Shown here piece after piece: positions 7,675 to 15,442 of a DNA stretch of 34,241 bases. The translations under genes and the position numbers were made by a program. Below the pieces are notes generated by a model, which was not told where the DNA came from, did no database searches, and was given only the letters and a program-made list of their open reading frames with translations. Source of the stretch: a virus (Duplodnaviria; Caudoviricetes); IMG/VR virus record IMGVR_UViG_3300011335_000296, positions 1 to 34,241 of that record; one strand, 5' to 3'. Each line of letters opens with the position of its first letter. Position 1 is the first letter of the stretch.

Positions 7675-10012
7675 AAAAGAATCAATCGTTAACCGCTTTA
7701 GCGCAACTCAAGTAGAGTTGGCAAAGTACGTTAAAATCGACCCTATCGAATATGAGGATAAGAAGGGTTGGGTGGGTTATGGCGAAGGTAATGCATTTAG
7801 TAATTATTTAATTGAACTATATAACACCTCACCAGTACACGGCGCGTTGGTTAACTCCATTGCTTTTATGATTGCAGGAAAAGAATTTACTGCATCAACT
7901 ACGTTAGCGGTTAGAGAGATTCAAAGATTGAAACTTGACAAGATTCTTAAGGCTACTGCTTTAGATTTGAAGTTGCAAGGTGGGTTTTATTGGGAGGTTA
8001 TTTGGTCAATGGATAGAAGCACCATTGCACAAATCAATCATTTGCCTTTTGAGAACTGCCGATTGGCTTGTAGTGACGATAACGATGATGTAACAGGGGT
8101 GTGGTATTCTCGCGATTGGAACGACACGCGCAAGAAAAAGAACAACCCACACTACATTCCGATGTTTGACATAAATACCAAAGATGAAAATCCAAAACAG
8201 GTATTGTTTCAACATTCAATGATGATTGGTAGTGAGTATTATCCAAAACCCGATTACATCGGATCAGTAAATGAGATTGAAAAATTAAGACAATATAGCG
8301 AATACCAAGTTAACTTGATTCTAAACGGATTCTTCCCTTCACTTATTGCATCATTTAACAACGGAATACCAACACTTGAAGAGCAACGAATGATAAAAAA
8401 TCAGTTGCAACAATCAATTCAAGGTGCTGAAAATGCAGGAAAAGTATTGACTTTCTTTAATGAGGAAAGAGATAGAGGGGTTGAGTTCACTCCGTTTCCA
8501 GTTGGTGACTTGGATAAGCAATTTGAGAGCCTTGTAAACCCATCTATTGAACAGATATTGATTAGCCACCGCGTAACTTCACCGCTTCTTTTTGGTGTGC
8601 GTGATGGTGGTGGTTTGGGTTCTAACACTGATGAAATGAAAACGGCTTTCCGTTTGTTTTCAAAGCAAGTAATTAACCCATTTCAAAGAATTATTTGCGA
8701 TGGAATAGATATACTATTGAACGCGATGGGCATTCCATCCGATGTACAGATAGTTGAGAACGATTTGTTCGAAGAAGATGTTGTTATAGATGCCAACGGT
8801 ACACCTGCACCAACTACTGACCTTGCAAGTCAAGCGTTGAATGGTGCACAGATTAGTTCTTTGTTGGAGATTATCACGCAAACAACTGCAAACGTATTGA
8901 CAATAACGAGTGCGAAGGCAATCACAAAGGCGGCGTTTCCAATGTTAGCAGAGGTTGAGATAGATGCAATCTTTGACAACTTAAGTAGTGTTAACTTACA
9001 ACCTACGGATGTAATTCAATCATCCGAAAAAAAAAAAGTTAAGCACGAACACAAAGACGTTTCTCAAGCAGAACAAAGTTTTGAGCCAACTAACGAAATG
9101 GCAGAAGAAGCCGAGTTAGGTTTAAAATGGCGCGAGGAATATGGTAGAGGTGGAACGGAAGTTGGTTTAGCACGTGCGAGAGATATACGTAACCAACGCA
9201 ATTTGTCTTTTGATACGGTCAAAAGAATGAATAGTTATTTTGCAAGGCACGAAGTAGACAAAGAAGAGAGAGGATGGGAAGGGGGTGAAGATAATTTTCC
9301 AACTGCTGGTCGAATTGCTTGGCAACTTTGGGGCGGTGATGCAGGTCGTGATTGGGCAAAGAAAATCGTTGAAAGAGTTAACGAGAATCAATCAACTCAC
9401 GTTTGCCAAAGTTCAAACGATTTCACGGATGAACAAGGCAGAGAATGGATAAACGAGTTGAAAGACAAAGCCGAGTATATTGACGAAGAAGAATGGGAAT
9501 TGATTAGCGAAGAAGAAGTAACAGACCCTGAAAATGAATTGAATTTTACTTCCGAAATGTTCAATAAGATGCCATCAATGAATGATGCCAATGGTGGCGA
9601 GAAAAGTAATTGGGGGGATGTTGGATTGTATAAGTTACGTTACGCATATTCTCAAAACCTTTCCGCTAACTCACGAGAATTTTGTATTGATATGGTAGCA
9701 ATGTCGCAAGAAGGTGCGGTGTTCCGTTATGAAGATATAAATAATATGAGTGACAAGGGAGTGAATGGAGATTTCGCGCCTGAAGGCAGTTCTACTTATG
9801 ATATTTTTGTATACAAAGGCGGTGCGTTTTGTCACCACTTTTGGAAGCGCCAAATCTATATGAGAAAGAGAGATTCAAAAGGTAGAATAATGCCTAATGA
9901 AGGTCTTGAAAATGATAAAAGAGTCGGAAATAATCCGTACGTTCCAAAGAAAGGAGTAGAAGGAACTGCACCAATAAACACACCATCCAGAGGTTCAATT
10001 AAATACGCATAA
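7667..10012 (+). CDS. Portal protein with long multi-domain C-terminal extension
   Basis: The N-terminal ~370 aa are portal-like (LYNTSPVHGAL, EYYPKPDY, NGFFPS, GAENAGK, ILISHRVTSPLLFG, VINPFQ). The extension carries a GRIAWQLWGGDAG domain and an SREFC...KGGAFCHHFW domain. Likely start is ATG 7667. Confidence 0.8.
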   Translation: MDKKESIVNRFSATQVELAKYVKIDPIEYEDKKGWVGYGEGNAFSNYLIELYNTSPVHGALVNSIAFMIAGKEFTASTTLAVREIQRLKLDKILKATALDLKLQGGFYWEVIWSMDRSTIAQINHLPFENCRLACSDDNDDVTGVWYSRDWNDTRKKKNNPHYIPMFDINTKDENPKQVLFQHSMMIGSEYYPKPDYIGSVNEIEKLRQYSEYQVNLILNGFFPSLIASFNNGIPTLEEQRMIKNQLQQSIQGAENAGKVLTFFNEERDRGVEFTPFPVGDLDKQFESLVNPSIEQILISHRVTSPLLFGVRDGGGLGSNTDEMKTAFRLFSKQVINPFQRIICDGIDILLNAMGIPSDVQIVENDLFEEDVVIDANGTPAPTTDLASQALNGAQISSLLEIITQTTANVLTITSAKAITKAAFPMLAEVEIDAIFDNLSSVNLQPTDVIQSSEKKKVKHEHKDVSQAEQSFEPTNEMAEEAELGLKWREEYGRGGTEVGLARARDIRNQRNLSFDTVKRMNSYFARHEVDKEERGWEGGEDNFPTAGRIAWQLWGGDAGRDWAKKIVERVNENQSTHVCQSSNDFTDEQGREWINELKDKAEYIDEEEWELISEEEVTDPENELNFTSEMFNKMPSMNDANGGEKSNWGDVGLYKLRYAYSQNLSANSREFCIDMVAMSQEGAVFRYEDINNMSDKGVNGDFAPEGSSTYDIFVYKGGAFCHHFWKRQIYMRKRDSKGRIMPNEGLENDKRVGNNPYVPKKGVEGTAPINTPSRGSIKYA

Positions 10013-10016
10013 AAAA

Positions 10017-10592
10017 ATGGCAATCCCACAAGAAATATTATTGATAAACGAGGATGTGTTGAAGAAATACACACCTTTGACCGATGCAGTTGACCCAAAC
10101 TTAATTCGCCCTTGCATTTACGTGGCGCAAGATATGTACTTGCAGAACTTTTTGGGTACTAACTTGACCAACAAAATCAAAGATGATGTTGCTAATGGCA
10201 CATTGTCGGGTAATTACGAAATCTTATTGAATGAGTATATTTTAAAGTTACTCATTTGGTGGACAATGGTTGAACTTTACCCATCGTTGTTGTATAAGCA
10301 CGACAATGGAAACTTGGTAAGTAGACAAAGTGAAGATACTACTCCAGTTACAAAGGGTGAAATGGAATCTTTGAAAGAGAAAGCACGTGAGAACGCAAGA
10401 TTCTACACCAAAAGAATGGTTGACTATTTGCGTTTTAACACAACCTTGTTTCCCGAATACACGAATAACACGGATAATAATATCTTTCCCGATATGAATC
10501 CGTATGGGAAAAGTAATTTCTTAATTTCGGACAGTTATAAAACCCAAAGAATAAGATGGTCAATAAACGACTTCCTACCACCTACGTACTAA
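10017..10592 (+). CDS. Head-tail adaptor/head completion protein (putative)
   Basis: 191 aa helical ORF directly after portal, with AQDMYLQNFLGTNL and LFPEY motifs. Confidence 0.6.
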   Translation: MAIPQEILLINEDVLKKYTPLTDAVDPNLIRPCIYVAQDMYLQNFLGTNLTNKIKDDVANGTLSGNYEILLNEYILKLLIWWTMVELYPSLLYKHDNGNLVSRQSEDTTPVTKGEMESLKEKARENARFYTKRMVDYLRFNTTLFPEYTNNTDNNIFPDMNPYGKSNFLISDSYKTQRIRWSINDFLPPTY

Positions 10593-10663
10593 AGCGAGAG
10601 CAGTACGAAAAGATGTTAAAGGTTTATCTTAAAAAACAACAAGCAAAAATTAAAAAGAGTTGA
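10556..10663 (+). CDS. Small basic peptide (35 aa, MVNKRLPTTYVLKREQYEKMLKVYLKKQQAKIKKS)
   Basis: Translated by hand. Fills the gap, and its TGA overlaps the TTG start of the holin (TTGA). Confidence 0.45.
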   Translation: MVNKRLPTTYVLKREQYEKMLKVYLKKQQAKIKKS

Positions 10664-11085
10664 AAGAGTTTATGTTTTTGAAAGGTAAAGTTTGGTTGTT
10701 CGCATCACTTGCTGTATTCCTACCAATCAAAGAGTTGATGTTAACCATTGGCTTTTTGGTGGCTGCTGACCTTGTTGTAGGTGTATGGAAAGCCATTAAG
10801 ACAGGACAACGCATTCGCTCACGTAGAATGTCCGATACGGTTACTAAATTGCTGTTGTATCAATTAGCAATAATGAGCGGATTCTTAATCGAAACTTTTA
10901 TCATTAGTGAGTTAATCCCTGTAACTAAATTGATTGCTACCGTTATTGCCATTATCGAGTTCAAAAGTATTATTGAATCTATTGAAGCCGTTACAGGCAA
11001 AGACCTTTGGAGTAAAATTAAAACGATTATAGGGCGCAAAAGCGAAGATATAACTGATGCAATGACCGATGGAAAAAATAAGTAA
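10660..11085 (+). CDS. Holin (phage holin 4-like)
   Basis: Several TM helices, DLVVGVWKA, IRSRRM and IEFKSIIESI motifs. Immediately before the endolysin. Confidence 0.8.
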   Translation: MKEFMFLKGKVWLFASLAVFLPIKELMLTIGFLVAADLVVGVWKAIKTGQRIRSRRMSDTVTKLLLYQLAIMSGFLIETFIISELIPVTKLIATVIAIIEFKSIIESIEAVTGKDLWSKIKTIIGRKSEDITDAMTDGKNK

Positions 11086-11530
11086 ATATGTAACCTATTC
11101 AGAGGTCACAAAGAGCAATCAAGCAACTGCTTTAAAGTTGGCTAACATTCCAAACGCTATGCAGTTGAATAACTTGCGGTTAGTTTGTACTAACATATTC
11201 GACAACGTTCGCGAACACTTTGGAAAGCCTATTGGAATCAGTAGCGGTTTCCGTTCAGTTGAATTAAATGCCAAAATTGGCGGTAGTAAAACATCACAAC
11301 ATTGCGAAGGAAAGGCACTCGATATCGATGGAGATATTTTCGGTGGCATAAATAACAAACTATTGTTTTTTTATATAAAAGAAAATTGTATATTTGACCA
11401 ACTCATTTGGGAGTTTGGTAGTGAGAACGCACCAGACTGGGTTCACGTAAGTTACAACGAGGGAAAGAATAGAGGTCAAGTTTTACGTGCGTTAAAGGTA
11501 GGCGGTAAAACAATATACAAACCTTTCTAA
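11069..11530 (+). CDS. Endolysin, peptidase M15A family
   Basis: SSGFRS, SQHxxGxAxD and WVHVSY zinc-peptidase motifs, plus FDQLIWEF. Confidence 0.9.
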   Translation: MEKISKYVTYSEVTKSNQATALKLANIPNAMQLNNLRLVCTNIFDNVREHFGKPIGISSGFRSVELNAKIGGSKTSQHCEGKALDIDGDIFGGINNKLLFFYIKENCIFDQLIWEFGSENAPDWVHVSYNEGKNRGQVLRALKVGGKTIYKPF

Positions 11531-11531
11531 T

Positions 11532-12518
11532 ATGGCTGAACAAGCAAAAACAAAGTTAGCACGTGAAGTGCGCGAGAGATTTCCCAACACACCGACATTA
11601 ACACTTGCAAAGAAATTATCTAAAGAACATTTTGAAACTTTTTTAGGAGTTGAAGATGCTAGATTAACACTGCGTAGAATCGAAGGTAAATTAGGGAATT
11701 ACAAGCCAACTGATAAATCTTTGATTGTGGATAAAGAAAGACCACGTAACCCATTTAAGTTACCCAAGTCATATGCAAAAGGTAGAAACCACGTTGACAT
11801 TAAAGGCAAAAAAGTATTAGTATTGTCTGACATTCACATTCCTTACCACGATATTGATGCAATTTCGGTTGCTATCCAAACAGGATTGGATGAACAAGTA
11901 GACACTATCATTTTGAACGGTGATGCGCTCGATTGTCATATGGTGAGCGACTTTGTGAAAGACCCAAAGAAAAGACGATTTAAGGATGAGTTGTATGCAA
12001 TGCGAACATTTGTCTATGAACTTCGTCAAACGTTCCCTAATGCAGAGATAATCTATAAAGAAGGCAACCACGAAGAACGCTATTGGAGATATATGCGCGT
12101 TAAAGCACCCGAACTATTCGACATTGATGCGTTTGATTTCAGTTCGTTGTGTCACCTGGACAAGAACAATATCAAATTTGTTGAAGGAAAAAACAAGATT
12201 AACATTGGTGGGTTGTCACTATTTCACGGACACGAATTTGGAAAGCAGTTTATTCCATCAGTAAACGTAGCACGTGGGTTGTTTTTAAAGACAAAAGCGA
12301 ATGCAATGTGTGGACACCATCACCAAACCGCAGAGCATACCGAACGCGATGTTAACGGCAAGGTTATAACGTGTTGGGGTGTTGGTTGCTTAAGTGAGTT
12401 AAGTCCCGACTATAACCCATATAGTAAATACAATCACGGATTCGCAATAATAACCAGAGGTAATGGAAAAGAATTTCACGTTAAGAACTATCGTATTAGT
12501 AACGGTCGTATCTATTAG
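11532..12518 (+). CDS. Calcineurin-like metallophosphoesterase with N-terminal HTH-like region
   Basis: SDIH, NGDxxD, GNHE, HGH and GHHH metal-binding motifs. Confidence 0.88.
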   Translation: MAEQAKTKLAREVRERFPNTPTLTLAKKLSKEHFETFLGVEDARLTLRRIEGKLGNYKPTDKSLIVDKERPRNPFKLPKSYAKGRNHVDIKGKKVLVLSDIHIPYHDIDAISVAIQTGLDEQVDTIILNGDALDCHMVSDFVKDPKKRRFKDELYAMRTFVYELRQTFPNAEIIYKEGNHEERYWRYMRVKAPELFDIDAFDFSSLCHLDKNNIKFVEGKNKINIGGLSLFHGHEFGKQFIPSVNVARGLFLKTKANAMCGHHHQTAEHTERDVNGKVITCWGVGCLSELSPDYNPYSKYNHGFAIITRGNGKEFHVKNYRISNGRIY

Positions 12519-12774
12519 TATCGGAATTGGTATCGGTGTTTTATTGTGTAGACCTAAACCAAGTAGGGTACAAATTGTAACCCACTTGGATAGCGTTGTT
12601 GTATTAAAGGCATACGTTGATACTTTGGAAGTGGAACGGATCAAAACAAAGACCATTTATGAAAAACAAATTGATACTATTTATCTTATGGATAGCGTTG
12701 CCATTGATAGCGCATACACAAAAGCAATACAACGACTTCAGCAATTCGAAAGAGCTGGATTCTTTAAGCGTTGA
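12463..12774 (+). CDS. Spanin-like membrane protein 1
   Basis: Single N-terminal TM helix plus soluble region, at the end of the lysis cassette, overlapping the next ORF. Confidence 0.5.
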   Translation: MEKNFTLRTIVLVTVVSISIGIGIGVLLCRPKPSRVQIVTHLDSVVVLKAYVDTLEVERIKTKTIYEKQIDTIYLMDSVAIDSAYTKAIQRLQQFERAGFFKR

Positions 12775-13036
12775 AAGGCGGTTAGTTGTTCTTGGTGTCA
12801 AATCGTTGGATTATTACGTGTCATTAAACGGACTAAATCAGCGCATTTTGTCCTCTCAAAGGGACATTATCTTGCACAATGAAAAAGAAATCGCACGATT
12901 GAATGAGCAGAACACCACGTTAAATGCACAACTTAATCAACAAATAGACAATAAAAAAAGGTGGCAAAAAGCCACCATTTATTCAGTAGGTTTAAACGTT
13001 ATTTTTTTAGGGACATTATACGTTTTAGGTAGATAG
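12659..13036 (+). CDS. Spanin-like protein 2 (signal peptide, coiled coil, C-terminal TM)
   Basis: ATG 12659 gives a MKNKLILFILWIALPLIAHTQ signal-like N-terminus, a heptad-rich middle and a hydrophobic C-terminus. Overlaps the previous ORF by 116 nt out of frame. Confidence 0.5.
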   Translation: MKNKLILFILWIALPLIAHTQKQYNDFSNSKELDSLSVERRLVVLGVKSLDYYVSLNGLNQRILSSQRDIILHNEKEIARLNEQNTTLNAQLNQQIDNKKRWQKATIYSVGLNVIFLGTLYVLGR

Positions 13037-13211
13037 CAAAATCTAACGCTTCTTCATACGCGTGATGCATCCATTCCTTTTCGGATAGATTCGCCTTGTC
13101 CACCGTTACTCCGTACTTCATTCGCCCCATTTTCTCACGTGCTATAAGGTCGCTGATTACTTCTTTGTAAACGTCACTCTGGCAGTTGTCGAAATCGTGT
13201 GTTATATTCAT
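12999..13211 (-). CDS. Conserved-looking small phage protein, possibly all-alpha NTP pyrophosphatase-like
   Basis: GRMKYGVT...WMHHAYEEALD motif. ATGA-coupled to the MazG-like gene. Confidence 0.55.
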   Translation of the reverse strand: MNITHDFDNCQSDVYKEVISDLIAREKMGRMKYGVTVDKANLSEKEWMHHAYEEALDFAIYLKRIMSLKK

Positions 13212-13630
13212 TCTACTTTATCATTAAATTGTTCTCTCATTTCATCAATTATTTGCGCCATTGTTTTAGGCTCAAGGATTGCTTTCAAATTTGGCTTAAA
13301 ATACAAATCACTTTTAAGCACCTTTCCATCCTCGCGGTAAATTGGGTTTCCATCAATATCCAACTTGCTCATATTACTCGCGTGAACTTCATCAAACATT
13401 GCCTCTAACTTGTCAGCAATTCCCAAGTCAATGGCATAACCAAAAAGTAAATACATTTGGTCAATGATGGCATCCGAAATGTCAACTACGTTGGTACTCA
13501 TCTTCATTTCATCCAATTCTTCTTGAATTAAGCGTTCGTGCAGTACGCAGTTTTCAAAGTTATACCCACGATTCAAAGGCAAGTTAAAAGCCTTTCGGAA
13601 TTGGGTTACTTGTTCTATTTGTTTTTTCAT
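13208..13630 (-). CDS. MazG-like/PRA-PH nucleotide pyrophosphohydrolase
   Basis: LIQEELDE, DAIIDQMY, EVHASNMSK and REDGKVLK motifs. Confidence 0.88.
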   Translation of the reverse strand: MKKQIEQVTQFRKAFNLPLNRGYNFENCVLHERLIQEELDEMKMSTNVVDISDAIIDQMYLLFGYAIDLGIADKLEAMFDEVHASNMSKLDIDGNPIYREDGKVLKSDLYFKPNLKAILEPKTMAQIIDEMREQFNDKVE

Positions 13631-13980
13631 ATTACTTCAATTTTTTCTGCGGTTACTCTTGCGTCTTGGATCAATTTAATTAGTTCCGGTAACATCCAAT
13701 ATCCAAACGATGCCATTTCATAGGTGAACTCATCCAAGTGTTCTGTTATACTTGGCATAGTCACACCATCCACATTCCATAGTGCGCTAATGGTCTTGCC
13801 GTGTTCACGTTGTATCGATTCGTTAAGTCGTTTCATCAGCATCTTGGTTTGATGATTGTAGAACCATTTAATCGTTTCGCATTCATCACTCGCGTACAAT
13901 GTCGCTTGTGTCCACATCAGTAGGTTAAGCACATTCAATTTGTCGGCTTCGTCTTTTGTTAGTTCAAGTTTAGGCTTCAT
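13627..13980 (-). CDS. Hypothetical protein
   Basis: 117-aa ORF translationally coupled to its neighbours. Confidence 0.7.
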   Translation of the reverse strand: MKPKLELTKDEADKLNVLNLLMWTQATLYASDECETIKWFYNHQTKMLMKRLNESIQREHGKTISALWNVDGVTMPSITEHLDEFTYEMASFGYWMLPELIKLIQDARVTAEKIEVI

Positions 13981-14119
13981 CTTTCAAGTGTTTTGAGATT
14001 AGTTCCATTGCGTACTTTGCACCTTCCATAAAGGAAAAATAAGCGGTGTTGTCCATTTGTTCACCATTGTACTGAGCGTGAATTTCCGCTTTCATTTTGA
14101 TTAACTTGTGTAGTTCCAT
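13970..14119 (-). CDS. Hypothetical protein (49 aa, MELHKLIKMKAE...FMEGAKYA...)
   Basis: Translated by hand. A-rich leader, a TATATTTG -7 element at 14136-14143 on the minus strand, and an overlap with the next gene start. Confidence 0.6.
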   Translation of the reverse strand: MELHKLIKMKAEIHAQYNGEQMDNTAYFSFMEGAKYAMELISKHLKDEA

Positions 14120-14152
14120 TTGTTTTTAGTTTGGGCAAATATAATTATTTTT

Positions 14153-15442
14153 TTATTGAAATGCGTATTTACCAAAATTTCTTTTTAATTCGTAAAATGA
14201 CCGCATCATTATGGCATCAGCAAAGTCGGGACTTAAGCCGTGTCGCTTCTTTAAATCTTCTTTATTGGTCACTCTCAACTTTCCATCACTATCCAGTTTC
14301 TCCCTTCGCACCATTTCAAGTTCTTTAACTATCGTGTCTTTGTGCGTTGGTTCAAAGGTGATAAGGTTGTTGGTGATTAGTTCGCCTAACTTAAAATAAC
14401 AATCCGATTTCAAGTTCATATAGTTATCACGTACCGCTTTTGATCCATTAAGAAATCCCTTGCAACGAATGTAATCCACTGCACCACCACCGATACCATC
14501 TTCATCGACCAAGACATTAGACAACTTCACGTTATGCGTTCTAATCAGTTCGTTGACTATTGAAACTGTTTCGTTAATTGGCTTGTGTTTTAGAACAATA
14601 AACTTTTCAGCGTGTAACCCATCCCACAATACAATCACGGTTCTATCATCACCCATACGCGCAATATCCGCAGTAATGTACTTATCACCTTTCGTTTGTT
14701 GCGGTCTAAAGCAACGCAGTAAATCATCGTATTCATACAATCGGTCTTTTGTTTCGTCATAGTCCCAATCTCCTTCAAGCAATCTTTTGCGGTCAATGTC
14801 GGGCAACATTTGTAAAGATTGAATATAGATAGGTGAAATGTAAGGATTATCAGTTGGCAATGCGTGAATATAAATACGGTCAGGTCTAATGGTTTGATTT
14901 CTTTGCGCATCATAAAACTCACTATATAACCATCCCTTATTTGGATTAGCAGTCATTAATAATTTTGGCTTATCATCCACCAATTTGTAACGCATACGTG
15001 AGGATAAAATGTCCACACATTTTTTACTTACTTCTCCAGCCTCATCCACAAAAGAATCAGTAATTTCTAACGAACCGAACCTTTGAAATTCGGGGTCGGA
15101 TGGAGTATCAGCCAAATCCATTAGGATTGTTTGACTTCCATTGTACCAATTTATTACGTGGTCTTGTCCATTGTAAGTAAAATGTTTTCCTACAATTAGT
15201 CCGTATTGAGCGCATAACTCAAAGAAGGTAGCCATTGTACTTAATCGCAACTTCTTTAACTCTGCACGACCAATCAAACCGCGAGTGCCTGGATACTTTA
15301 ACCTTCTTTTAATTTGCCAATCGCAACCAAGAAAACTTTTCCCCGATCCAGCACCTCCAGCATATAACACTTGCCATTTATCACTATCAGTTGATAGAGC
15401 ATTTAAGGCTTCGATTTGTTTTGAATGGTATTTAATTTCCAT
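14153..15442 (-). CDS. terL: Terminase large subunit
   Basis: Walker A GGAGSGKS, Walker B FVDEAGE, coupling motif TANP, RLLEGDWD, and nuclease motifs ITADIARMGDD and SPDFADA. Confidence 0.92.
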   Translation of the reverse strand: MEIKYHSKQIEALNALSTDSDKWQVLYAGGAGSGKSFLGCDWQIKRRLKYPGTRGLIGRAELKKLRLSTMATFFELCAQYGLIVGKHFTYNGQDHVINWYNGSQTILMDLADTPSDPEFQRFGSLEITDSFVDEAGEVSKKCVDILSSRMRYKLVDDKPKLLMTANPNKGWLYSEFYDAQRNQTIRPDRIYIHALPTDNPYISPIYIQSLQMLPDIDRKRLLEGDWDYDETKDRLYEYDDLLRCFRPQQTKGDKYITADIARMGDDRTVIVLWDGLHAEKFIVLKHKPINETVSIVNELIRTHNVKLSNVLVDEDGIGGGAVDYIRCKGFLNGSKAVRDNYMNLKSDCYFKLGELITNNLITFEPTHKDTIVKELEMVRREKLDSDGKLRVTNKEDLKKRHGLSPDFADAIMMRSFYELKRNFGKYAFQ

